Assembly: GCA_965219455.1 (NCBI GenBank)
Contig: OZ244744.1
Span: forward strand, 2,560,001-2,624,000
Direction: 5' to 3'
Length of the DNA stretch: 64,000 nucleotides
From: Candidatus Latescibacterota bacterium
GTDB taxonomy: Bacteria > Latescibacterota > UBA2968 > GCA-2709665
Both the position numbers and the translations under genes were made by a program. Below, piece after piece: positions 31,980 through 40,946 of the stretch. The notes below the pieces were generated by a model, which saw only the letters and a list, made by a program, of their open reading frames with translations, made no database searches and was not told the DNA's origin. Each line of letters begins with the position of its first letter. Positions within the stretch are counted from its first letter, which is position 1.

Positions 31980-32205
31980 CCTTCGACATTTCGACAAGCT
32001 CAATGCAGGCAGGCTCAGGGCAGCGCATTCGACCCGTCGACAAGCTCAGGGACCGCAGGCTCAGAAAAAGGTCCACGGGGACCGGCTCGGCTTCTGCGAC
32101 TCCCCCTCAAGGGGGAGTGATTACACAGTCAATCGGGCTCGCGCGTTCATTTCCACCTATTCAGTTGCGCCTGCCTGCCGTGCCGGGCACGGCGCAGGCA
32201 GGGCC
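31980..32205. repeat. Cluster of short palindromic repeats
   Basis: TCGACAAGCTCA twice, ACTCCCCC-TCAA-GGGGGAGT, CCTGCCTGCCGTGCC-GGCACGGCGCAGGCAGG; the same motifs recur at 50-50.7 kb and 61.8-62.1 kb. Confidence 0.65.
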
Positions 32206-32271
32206 GAACAACCAAAAGCCGCGACAGGGCGCGTACCGAATTTTGGCGCCTGATTCGCCCTCTATTGGCGG

Positions 32272-32964
32272 TTAATTCGGCGCCTGCTCCCTGATATTCT
32301 CGGATACCACGTGGCCGTCGAACAGGTGAACGACGCGGTGAGCGAATCCGGCATCGTGGGCTTTGTGCGTTACCATCACAATGGTCGTCCCGTTCTTGTT
32401 CAGTTCCGTCAGCAGTCCCATCACTTCATTGCCGTTGGCGGAGTCCAGGTTCCCCGTGGGCTCGTCCGCGAGGATGATATTCGGATTCGAGATGACCGCC
32501 CGCGCCACGGCCACGCGCTGCTGTTGGCCGCCTGACAACTGCTGCGGGAAGTGCTTCTCGCGGTGTTTGATGCCCATATATTCCATCGACTCGTCCACGC
32601 GTTTTCTGCGTTCTTTGGACGGCATCTTGAGGTACAGAAGCGGCAGCTCGATATTCTCGGCCACGGTCAGCTCGTCAATCAGATTGAAGCTCTGAAACAC
32701 GAAACCGATATTCGCCTTTCGCGCATCGGCTCTCTGCCTCTCCGTGTGTTTCGATACCTCCACGTCGTTCAGGTAGTACTCTCCATCGGTCGGGTTATCC
32801 AACAATCCAAGCACGTTCAGCAGCGTGGATTTGCCGCAACCCGACGGCCCCATCACCGCCACGAACTCGCCTTCACTGATCTCCAGGTTGACGTTTCGCA
32901 GCGCGGTTGTTTCGACTTCTTCGGTCCTGTACACCTTCTGTAAATCCACAGTCTTGATCATCAC
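32272..32964 (-). CDS. ABC transporter ATP-binding protein (MacB/LolD-like)
   Basis: GPSGCGKST, IGFVFQSFNL, LSGGQQQR, ILADEPTGNLD, MVTH. Confidence 0.96.
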   Translation of the reverse strand: MMIKTVDLQKVYRTEEVETTALRNVNLEISEGEFVAVMGPSGCGKSTLLNVLGLLDNPTDGEYYLNDVEVSKHTERQRADARKANIGFVFQSFNLIDELTVAENIELPLLYLKMPSKERRKRVDESMEYMGIKHREKHFPQQLSGGQQQRVAVARAVISNPNIILADEPTGNLDSANGNEVMGLLTELNKNGTTIVMVTHKAHDAGFAHRVVHLFDGHVVSENIREQAPN

Positions 32965-32980
32965 TAGGCTCCTATAAAAA

Positions 32981-35702
32981 GGGTAAACGTTAGACGGGAA
33001 ACGGGAGATGATGTGAGTACCTTATGAAAGGGTAGACGGTAGACGGGAGAGGGTAGAGGAAATGTGTGCCTGATAGTCTTATAGGCCGTAACAACAACGG
33101 CTACTGAAGCGGCACGGGCTAAAATGAAAGGCCGTTTGTCAATCTCAAAATCATGGCGCGCAAGTTTCAACATGGCGTTCAGGCTCTATCCTTTTTGACG
33201 TGGCGCCGCATCAGATGGCAAGGTCTTTCCTCTACCGCCCCCCGGCCACCTCACCCGGGGTAAGACGTTAGACGGAAGAGGGGAGAGATTGCCTGCCCCG
33301 TGCGGTTTCATTTCTTGCCGGTGGCATAAAGGAAGAACCAATCGGGCAAGGATGTCTTCTCCCGGTTCCCGGCTCCCGTCTCCCCGCTTTCAGGTTTTTC
33401 CTCTACCGTCTCCCAGCTCACCTCTTACCGAAGTTAGACGGGAGATGATGTGAGTGCCTTATCGTCTCAAAAGTCGCAAAAGACATTGGCTGAGTTTTCG
33501 GCACGGATTACGACGAAACCCTATTTGTCAGTCCTGGCAGTAACGCAATTTGGCTGAAAATCAGCATCGTGTCTTGGCGCTATCCCTTCTCGCTCTGGCG
33601 CCGCATCAGGTGGCAAGGTTTTTCCTCTACCGCCCCCCGGCTACCTCACCCGGGGTAAGACGTTAGACGGAAGAGGGGAGAGATTGCCTGCCCCGTGCGG
33701 TTTCATTTCTTGCCGGTGGCATAAAGGAAGAACCAATCGGGCAAGGATGTCTTCTCCCGGCTCCCGTCTCCCGTCTCCCCGCTTTCAGGTTTTTCCTCTA
33801 CCGTCTCCCGGCTCACCTCTTACCGAAGTTAGACGGGAGAGGATATGAGTGCCCTCTGGTTTTTCTTGTCGTTACGACAACGGCAATGAAACTGGCACGG
33901 GTTATGTGGGTTCTCGTTATGTCAATCTCAAGATCATAGCGCATAGTCTTCGTTCCTGCAAACCTTCTGTAAATTCACCGTTTGGATCATCTGGGAGCCC
34001 CTATAACAGGGTAGACGTTAGACGGAAGTGGGGAGAGATTGCCCGCCCGTTCGGTTTCATTTCTTGCCGGTGGGATAAAGGAAGAACCAATCGAGCAAGG
34101 ACGTCTTCTCCCGGCTCCCGTCTCCCGTCTCCCCGCTTTCAGGTTTTTCCTCTACCGTCTCCCGGCTCACCTCTTTCCGAAGTTAGACGGGAGAGGATAT
34201 GAGTGCCCGTTCGTTTTATTAGCCGTAACAAAAATGGCTAAGGACCCGGCACGGGTTACGAGGAAACTCTACTAATCAATCCTGACAGCAAACCAAACAA
34301 TCGATTCATCGTTTCTGATATTGATTGAACGTCATCGTCCGAACACAATTGGAGGTTTAGTGAAATTTCAAGTTGAGTATCCAACTCAACCAGCGAACTC
34401 CTGGCTATTTCGAGAAATCTTCTGCGTTCAGCATTCGAAGATCTTGCTGATCCCTCGGCGATGTTAGACGGTATTGAGACAGCAGACCGACGTAACTGGC
34501 TGGTAATGCCATAGAGTTCGGTGGAAGGAAATTCAGAGGTCAGAGTATAAATCTCGTTCACCAGATCGATGCTCTTTTTCCATACTACAAGCTTCTTGTG
34601 GCTGAGTTCCATCATCGCGTTTGTACCTATCCTATAAGGGTTTGGCGCCGAACCGGTTGCGGGGGTTTTTCCTCTTTCGCCTTACTGAAGTTAGACGTAA
34701 GACGGAAGAGGGGAGATGATATGAGTGCCGTATCGTGTTATAGGTCGTAAATACAAAGGCTACGTTGTCGGCACGGATTATAATGGAACATTTTTTGTCG
34801 ATCTCGAGCTGATGGGGTTCGAGATTCGAAATGGCGTTCAGGCTCTATCCTTTTTGACGTGGCGCCGCATCAGGTGGCAAGGTCTTTCCTCTCCCGCCCC
34901 CCGGCCACCTCACCCGGGGTAAGACGTTAGACGGAAGAGGTGAGAGATTGCCCGCCCGTTCGGTTTCATTTCTTGCCGGTGGGATAAAGGAAGAACCAAT
35001 CGGGCAAGGACGTCTTCTCCCGGCTCCCGTCTCCCGTCTCCCCGCTTTCAGGTTTTTCCTCTACCGTCTCCCGGCTCACCTCTTTCCGAAGTTAGACGGG
35101 AGAGGATATGAGTGCCCGTTCGTTTTATTAGCCGTAACAAAAATGGCTAAGGACCCGGCACGGGTTACGAGGAAACGCTTTCTGTCAAACTCAAGCTCAT
35201 GGTGAACGAGATTCAAGATGGCGTTCCGGCGCTATCCCTTCTCGCTCTGACGCCGCATCAGGTGGCAAGGTCTTTCCTCTCCCGCCCCCCGGCCACCTCA
35301 CCCGGGGTAAGACGTTAGACGGAAGAGGTGAGAGATTGCCCGCCCGTTCGGTTTCATTTCTTGCCGGTGGGATAAAGGAAGAACCAATCGGGCAAGGACG
35401 TCTTCTCCCGGCTCCCGTCTCCCGTCTCCCCGCTTTCAGGTTTTTCCTCTACCGTCTCCCGGCTCACCTCTTTCCGAAGTTAGACGGAAGACGTTAGACG
35501 GGAGAGGATATGAGTGCCCGTTCGTTTTATTAGCCGTAACAAAAATGGCTAAGGACCCGGCACGGGTTACGAGGAAACGCTTTCTGTCAAACTCAAGCTC
35601 ATGGTGAACGAGATTCAAGATGGCGTTCCGGCGCTATCCCTTCTCGCTCTGACGCCGCATCAGGTGGCAAGGTTTTTCCTCTACCGTCTCCCGGCTCCCG
35701 TC
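32981..35702. repeat. Tandem array of ~390-400 bp units: constant hairpin block alternating with hypervariable four-helix-bundle-derived segments
   Basis: Constant block begins at 33202, 33597, (34011 truncated), 34861, 35249, 35651 (partial). Variable segments begin GTGCC at 33066, 33454, 33849, 34203, 34725, 35112, 35514. Confidence 0.92.
34256..34615 (-). CDS. Four-helix-bundle protein (23S rRNA intervening-sequence protein / Avd-like family)
   Basis: HKKLVVWKKS, FPSTELYGITSQLRRSAVSIPSNIAEG, RRFLEIARSSLVELDTQL; 119 aa. Confidence 0.93.
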   Translation of the reverse strand: MMELSHKKLVVWKKSIDLVNEIYTLTSEFPSTELYGITSQLRRSAVSIPSNIAEGSARSSNAERRRFLEIARSSLVELDTQLEISLNLQLCSDDDVQSISETMNRLFGLLSGLISRVSS

Positions 35703-37151
35703 TCACCGCTGTAAAACGAGTTTATCTATTTCCTCATAGTTCTCATACGACGACGTTACGACACGCTCTCCGGGCGACAGGCCCTCGAGTACCTCGAAAT
35801 ACTCCGGATTCTGGCGTCCGATGCGAACATCGCGCCGCACGGCCAGGTCGCCCTCGACCACAAAGACCCAGTTCCCGCCTGTGGTCTGATAGAAACCGCC
35901 GCGCGGCAACAACATAGCGACTTCCGGCGCGTCCAGTTCCAGCCGAATCTGCTCCGTCTGGCCGCGGCGAATGCTCTGTGGCGCTTCGCCGATGAAATCC
36001 ATGTCCACCTCGAATTGCCCTTCCTTCACCTCGGGAAACACCCGGCGGATCTTCAGCTCGAATTTCTCGTCGTCGATTTCAATTGTCCCTCTGAGTCCCG
36101 CTGTGATTCTCGTTATGTAGAATTCATCGATAGCCGCACGCATCTTGTAGGCGTCCAGAACGTCGATCTGGCCGATGCTGGTCCCTCTCGCGATCAACTT
36201 GCCGATTTCGGCGTTGAGTTGCGACAGTTGTCCGTCGATCGGCGCGCGGACAGTCAGGTTTCTCAATGGACGGCGCACGTCATCCAGTTGAAGCTGCAAG
36301 CTATGTGCGCGCTTCTGCAGGGCAGCGAGTTCATTGATTCGATACAGTGAGTCGCGTCTGACCGTCTCGAGCATAAATACTCTGAGTTTTTGGGCATGCT
36401 TGTAACTGTCTTCTGCCGACATGAAATTTTCTCGAGACGTGAAATTTCGTTCGAATAGCGCTTTCTGCCTCAGAAATTCGCGCTCTGACCTTTGCAATTC
36501 CAGTTCGATGTCCATCAATGAGCGTTTTCGCTGGATATCCTGTATTTCCTGGTTCAACCGCGTGTTTTCCATTCTGTTGATCTGCTCGAACAATTGCGCT
36601 TCCTGGCTCAGCACGGTCTGTTCCAGGGATGGGTTCGACATGCGCAAGATCCGCGTGCCTTTTTCTACCATTGCCCCCTCTTCAAGGAATATCTCCTCCA
36701 CCTGCCCGCCTTCGAGCGCATCCAGGTAGTGCGACTGAATGGGCATCACGGTGCCGCGCTGGGGGATAAACTCCTGAAAGGGACCGACGGTGACTTCGGA
36801 TATCGTGATTCGCTCCACCTGCACGTTGAGCCTGGCGCTGTGGTCGCCGAATATCGCCATATAGACCACTAAGCCCACAAATCCCGCGACCGCTGCAACG
36901 CTCATGATCCGCTTCGGCGTCCAGAATTTCCTTTCGAGTTTGCGGTCCGTGCCCGGAATTGTCTTGTCGCGTGCCCCTTCAGACGACGAGGTATCGGCAC
37001 TCACGAAACCGGGCATCGGTCTATCTCCGCCAACGGAGTCCGACGTGCCCTCGGATGATTCCCGACTGGAAGTCTGGCGACCAGCCGGCGCGCCTGCCTG
37101 ATCCAGCTTCAACACGCGTCCCTTGTCCTTCTGTGATTTTTGCTCTTCCAT
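35703..37151 (-). CDS. Efflux periplasmic adaptor subunit (MacA/HlyD-like)
   Basis: N-terminal TM, EGGQVEEIFLEEGAMVEKG lipoyl half, coiled coil, VRAPIDGQL, IGRQNPEYFEVLEGL. Confidence 0.93.
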   Translation of the reverse strand: MEEQKSQKDKGRVLKLDQAGAPAGRQTSSRESSEGTSDSVGGDRPMPGFVSADTSSSEGARDKTIPGTDRKLERKFWTPKRIMSVAAVAGFVGLVVYMAIFGDHSARLNVQVERITISEVTVGPFQEFIPQRGTVMPIQSHYLDALEGGQVEEIFLEEGAMVEKGTRILRMSNPSLEQTVLSQEAQLFEQINRMENTRLNQEIQDIQRKRSLMDIELELQRSEREFLRQKALFERNFTSRENFMSAEDSYKHAQKLRVFMLETVRRDSLYRINELAALQKRAHSLQLQLDDVRRPLRNLTVRAPIDGQLSQLNAEIGKLIARGTSIGQIDVLDAYKMRAAIDEFYITRITAGLRGTIEIDDEKFELKIRRVFPEVKEGQFEVDMDFIGEAPQSIRRGQTEQIRLELDAPEVAMLLPRGGFYQTTGGNWVFVVEGDLAVRRDVRIGRQNPEYFEVLEGLSPGERVVTSSYENYEEIDKLVLQR

Positions 37152-37217
37152 ACGACTTACCTTTACAACTCTTGAGACGTTGGCTTACAACCATTCCAGG
37201 TCGATTCTTTCCAGTTC

Positions 37218-37850
37218 CTATAGACTCACCGCCATCCCCAGACGTTCGACCTCCCGTCTCAACTGATGCCTTCCCCGGTATAACCAGACTTTCAACGTTC
37301 CGATGGGAACCTGGAGTTCCTCGACGATCTCATGATAGGACCGTTCACCCACGTAATGCAACCAGACCGCCTCCCGATGCCGTTCCGGCAGCGCCCCGAT
37401 GCTCCGCATCACAATTTGCCGGCGCTCCTTTCGCACCATCACCGCTTCCGGATCCTCGTGAGTCGCCGGGCGCCACCGCGCCTGGAGTGCGGGCGCCGCA
37501 TCCTCGACCTCACTTAGCCAGTTCTTCCGCTTTCTCAAGGACCGAGAATAGGATGTACACACATTCATGGCAATGCGGGTCAGCCACGTGGAGAACGCTG
37601 CCTGTCCCCGAAAGCCAGCCAGTCCCTGAAAGGCCTTGATAAAGACCAGCTGAACCAGATCCTCGGTCTCATCTGCGTTCCTTGCACATCGGTGCACGAG
37701 CGCTCGCACACGGTCACGATGCCGCCTGAAGAGAACCTGATAGGCCCAGTCATCGCCGGCAACGGCCCTGTCGATCAGCGTCGCGTCAGGCTCAGGCGCG
37801 CAGTGCAACGTCTGGAATTCGCTTTTCTTTTTCATCACAACGGGACCCAC
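37218..37850 (-). CDS. ECF-type sigma-70 factor
   Basis: AGDDWAYQVLF, EDLVQLVFIKAF, FSTWLTRIAMN, LPERHREAV, SYHEI...IGTLKVWLYRGR. Confidence 0.93.
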   Translation of the reverse strand: MGPVVMKKKSEFQTLHCAPEPDATLIDRAVAGDDWAYQVLFRRHRDRVRALVHRCARNADETEDLVQLVFIKAFQGLAGFRGQAAFSTWLTRIAMNVCTSYSRSLRKRKNWLSEVEDAAPALQARWRPATHEDPEAVMVRKERRQIVMRSIGALPERHREAVWLHYVGERSYHEIVEELQVPIGTLKVWLYRGRHQLRREVERLGMAVSL

Positions 37851-37901
37851 TCTTTTTTCAAATCGAAAGTCTCCAGGCTACCAGATTCTCTTCAGATGAC
37901 T

Positions 37902-38019
37902 AGCGACAACCGTGCCAACAGACATTTCTATATATTTTTCAATTGTTTAGGTCGATACTATCATGAAAGCTCGACAAACAAGTGTCCGTTTTCGATACAC
38001 TGATGTCCGAAAATGAACA
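37902..38019 (-). promoter_or_regulatory. sigma54 promoter with tandem enhancer-like sites upstream of the ECF sigma gene
   Basis: TGGCACG-GTTG-TCGCT at 37917-37902; TGTCCGTTTTCGATACA 37983-37999 and TGTCCGAAAATGAACA 38004-38019. Confidence 0.75.
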
Positions 38020-38142
38020 GTTGGCGGCGACCCGCAACGAAGCAAGGGTCCAACTGCAAAATCCGCCTGCGCCCCTCGGTATAAACCCGATTACCAGGCT
38101 GGGGAGGGCGCCAGGCTCAATATATGGGCACGACAAGCCTCT

Positions 38143-40482
38143 TCACTCGGTCCGTAGCGCGTCCACCGGATTCGCCCACGCCGCCCGGATGGCCTGGGCG
38201 CTAACGGTCAGCAGCACGGCCAGCAGCACCAATATCCCACCCAATACAAACGTGCCGATGCCCGGTTCTATCCGATACGCGAAGTCCTGCAACCATCGAT
38301 CCGTTGCATAATACGCCGCGGGGAACGCAATGAGACTTGCAATGACCACGAGCTTTACGAAATCCCTGGACAACAGGGAGACGATCCCGGATGCATGGGC
38401 GCCCAGGACTCTTCGAACGCCGATCTCCCGGGTCCGGCGCGCAACCGAAAGGGCCGTGAGCCCGAACGCTCCGAGACAGGCGATAAAGACCGCGAGCAGC
38501 GCGGAAAACCATAAGACCCGGTTCCAGCGATCCTCGTCCCTATATTGGCCCTTAACTTCGTCGTCAAGAAAAAAATGCTGAAACTCAAGGCCAGGCGCGA
38601 TCTCGCGCCATTTCTCTTCGAGGAAGGCCACCGTACCGGGGATGTTCTCCGGGCGGATCCTGACAAACAACATGCCCCATCCCATCCTATCGAGCCTCAA
38701 CACAGCCGGTCCGATCCTGTGGTGCAGAGAGCGAACGTGGAAGTCCTGGACAACCCCGATCACCGTAACATCCCGTTCTTCCACTCGCAGCATCCTGCCC
38801 ACAACCTGATTCTCCCACCCCAAGCGCCGGACCAGGGCCTCGTTCACGATTATCGAGGACCGAAAATCCGAACTCCGTGGAAAGAAATCGGCTCCCTCCA
38901 GGAGGGATAAGCCCATTGTCTTCAGAAAGTCATATCCGACATCAACCAGCTCGACATCCAATTTTTCTCCTTGATACTCTACGTTGCCGAGGTACCTCGT
39001 CCGGTTGCTCAGCGCATGCGTGGTGGTCGTTATCCCCAGGACCGTATGGTGACGTATCAACTCATTCCGGAACACGTCAACAGGGCCTGAATCTCTCTGC
39101 CACAGATCCCAAATCGGGATACGCAGGACATGTTCGCTTTTGAAGCCCAGCGGTTTTTTCTTCAGATACTCAAGTTGCCGGACCATCAGAAGCGCACTGA
39201 CAACCATAAAGACTGACATCGCTAACTGAAAAACCACCAGCGCCCTTGCGAACAGGCTGGTGGCTCCGAACCTGTGCCTTCCTCCTAACACCACAACCGG
39301 TTGAAACCCGGACAGAACAAAGGCCGGATAACCGCCAGCCGCCAGCCCGACGGCCGCCGAGAGTCCGACCAGAAAGGCCAGCCCAGCGCCATCCGTCTGA
39401 TCGCGAAGGGCGAGGTCCATCCCGACCAGGTTGTTGAATGCCGGCAGGAGGAGTTCCGCCAGAACTACCCCGGTAATCAGGGCCATCACGCTCAACAACA
39501 TCGACTCTCCCAGGAACTGCTGAGTCAGCTGCGTCCGAGATGCGCCCGACACTCTACGCATCGCGACCTCCCGGTCGCGAGAGAATGACCGGCCCACGGC
39601 AAGGGTCATGAAGTTCACGCATGCAATTACCAGCACCATAAGAGATATTCCAATAAGAACATATGAATAGACCGGATTGCTCACAGGCTTCGGTCCCCGA
39701 CCGCCGCGGTTGAGATGTACCTCCAGAAGGGGCTGAAGGCCAAACTTATTTTCCGCATTTTCACCGAACCATGTCTTTACAAGTCCCGGAAACTGCTCCT
39801 CCAGATCGGCCAGCCAGACGTGTTCCGAAAGAAGCACATAGGTCGCGATATTATAATGTCTCCAATTTCGGGGTTCACCCCTGGCGGCAAACGGAGCCAG
39901 AAAGTCGAACCGGATGCTGGAGTTTTTTGGAATGGTCTTAGCAATCCCGGTTATAACGAAATCCCGGTCCGCAGCCGGCGGCCCCCATAGTCTCACTGAA
40001 AGGACTTTGCCGAGGGGATCTTCATGTCCGAAGTATTTTCGGGCCGCCGCTTCGGTGATCACAAGAGAGGACGGATCTTCCAGCACGGTTGCAGGGTCTC
40101 CCTTCAGCAGGGGAAAAGTGAACACTTCGAGGATCGCCGGATCGGCAAAGTAGATACTTCGCCCTAGAGACCGGTCCCCCTCCTTCACAGATGAAGCGCC
40201 CCCGCCGATCCTTACGGCCGGGATGTCTGGAAACGCTGCCACCAGCGCGGGCCCCAGCGGATCCGGCGTCATGCCCGACTGTCCAAATCCCGTCTCAGTA
40301 TATACGCGGTAAATCCTATCCGCATAGTCGTGGAACGTGTCGTACGTCCACTCGTGCCGGACGAACAGAAATGTCAGGATGCAAAACGCAATTCCGATCG
40401 ATAGGCCCGCCACGTTGATCAAGGAGTAGACCTTGTGCCGCATGAGATTTCGATACGCCACGATCAGATAATTTCGGAGCAT
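38143..40482 (-). CDS. ABC transporter permease, duplicated MacB_PCD/FtsX type
   Basis: MLRNYLIVAYRN, ACVNF, VIGVVQDFH, RTREIGVRRVLG, ANPVDALRTE. Confidence 0.95.
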   Translation of the reverse strand: MLRNYLIVAYRNLMRHKVYSLINVAGLSIGIAFCILTFLFVRHEWTYDTFHDYADRIYRVYTETGFGQSGMTPDPLGPALVAAFPDIPAVRIGGGASSVKEGDRSLGRSIYFADPAILEVFTFPLLKGDPATVLEDPSSLVITEAAARKYFGHEDPLGKVLSVRLWGPPAADRDFVITGIAKTIPKNSSIRFDFLAPFAARGEPRNWRHYNIATYVLLSEHVWLADLEEQFPGLVKTWFGENAENKFGLQPLLEVHLNRGGRGPKPVSNPVYSYVLIGISLMVLVIACVNFMTLAVGRSFSRDREVAMRRVSGASRTQLTQQFLGESMLLSVMALITGVVLAELLLPAFNNLVGMDLALRDQTDGAGLAFLVGLSAAVGLAAGGYPAFVLSGFQPVVVLGGRHRFGATSLFARALVVFQLAMSVFMVVSALLMVRQLEYLKKKPLGFKSEHVLRIPIWDLWQRDSGPVDVFRNELIRHHTVLGITTTTHALSNRTRYLGNVEYQGEKLDVELVDVGYDFLKTMGLSLLEGADFFPRSSDFRSSIIVNEALVRRLGWENQVVGRMLRVEERDVTVIGVVQDFHVRSLHHRIGPAVLRLDRMGWGMLFVRIRPENIPGTVAFLEEKWREIAPGLEFQHFFLDDEVKGQYRDEDRWNRVLWFSALLAVFIACLGAFGLTALSVARRTREIGVRRVLGAHASGIVSLLSRDFVKLVVIASLIAFPAAYYATDRWLQDFAYRIEPGIGTFVLGGILVLLAVLLTVSAQAIRAAWANPVDALRTE

Positions 40483-40704
40483 GGTGCCAGTGCCTCTATC
40501 CTGGTTATTTCATGAATTGTCGCTGTAAGAATCCTACCATAAGACGTCAACGCAAAATGCGTGTAGATTTGGTCACGCTGCTTGCATACGGTAAAGCGTT
40601 GAAAGGGTGCGCGCATTCACTTGCGACTATTCGGTTGCGGCTGAGCATAGCGAAGCCCCGCTAGGTCGTACATATGTAAGATACCCGCGTCTCGATTATA
40701 CAGA

Positions 40705-40823
40705 AGCGACAACCGTGCCAGCGAACATTTCTATATATTTTTCAACTATTTACGGACGGCGCCCTTTAAAAAAAGCAACAAATAAGTGTTCGATTTTGAT
40801 ACACTAATGTCCGAAAACGAACA
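40705..40823 (-). promoter_or_regulatory. sigma54 promoter with tandem enhancer-like sites (duplicate of 37902-38019)
   Basis: TGGCACG-GTTG-TCGCT at 40720-40705; TGTTCGATTTTGATACA 40787-40803 and TGTCCGAAAACGAACA 40808-40823. Confidence 0.75.
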
Positions 40824-40946
40824 CTTGGCGGCGGCCCGCAACGACGCAAGGGTCCAACTGCAAGATCCACCCGCGCCCCCAGGTAGAAACCCGATTACCA
40901 GGCTGAGGAGGGCGACAGACTCAATACATGGGCACGACAAGTCTCT

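Noticed and set aside
33849-35618. Plus-strand ORFs in the array (33849-34202, 34039-34275, 34725-34922, 34948-35205)
   Set aside because: Translations of repeat DNA with SRLP-type heptamer products and no coding features.
32981-35702. CRISPR array
   Set aside because: The constant block is ~250 bp, the variable parts are homologous to each other, and there are no cas genes.
32981-35702. Classical diversity-generating retroelement
   Set aside because: An Avd-like gene is present, but there is no reverse transcriptase or target-gene variable region in the window, and substitutions are not evidently adenine-specific.
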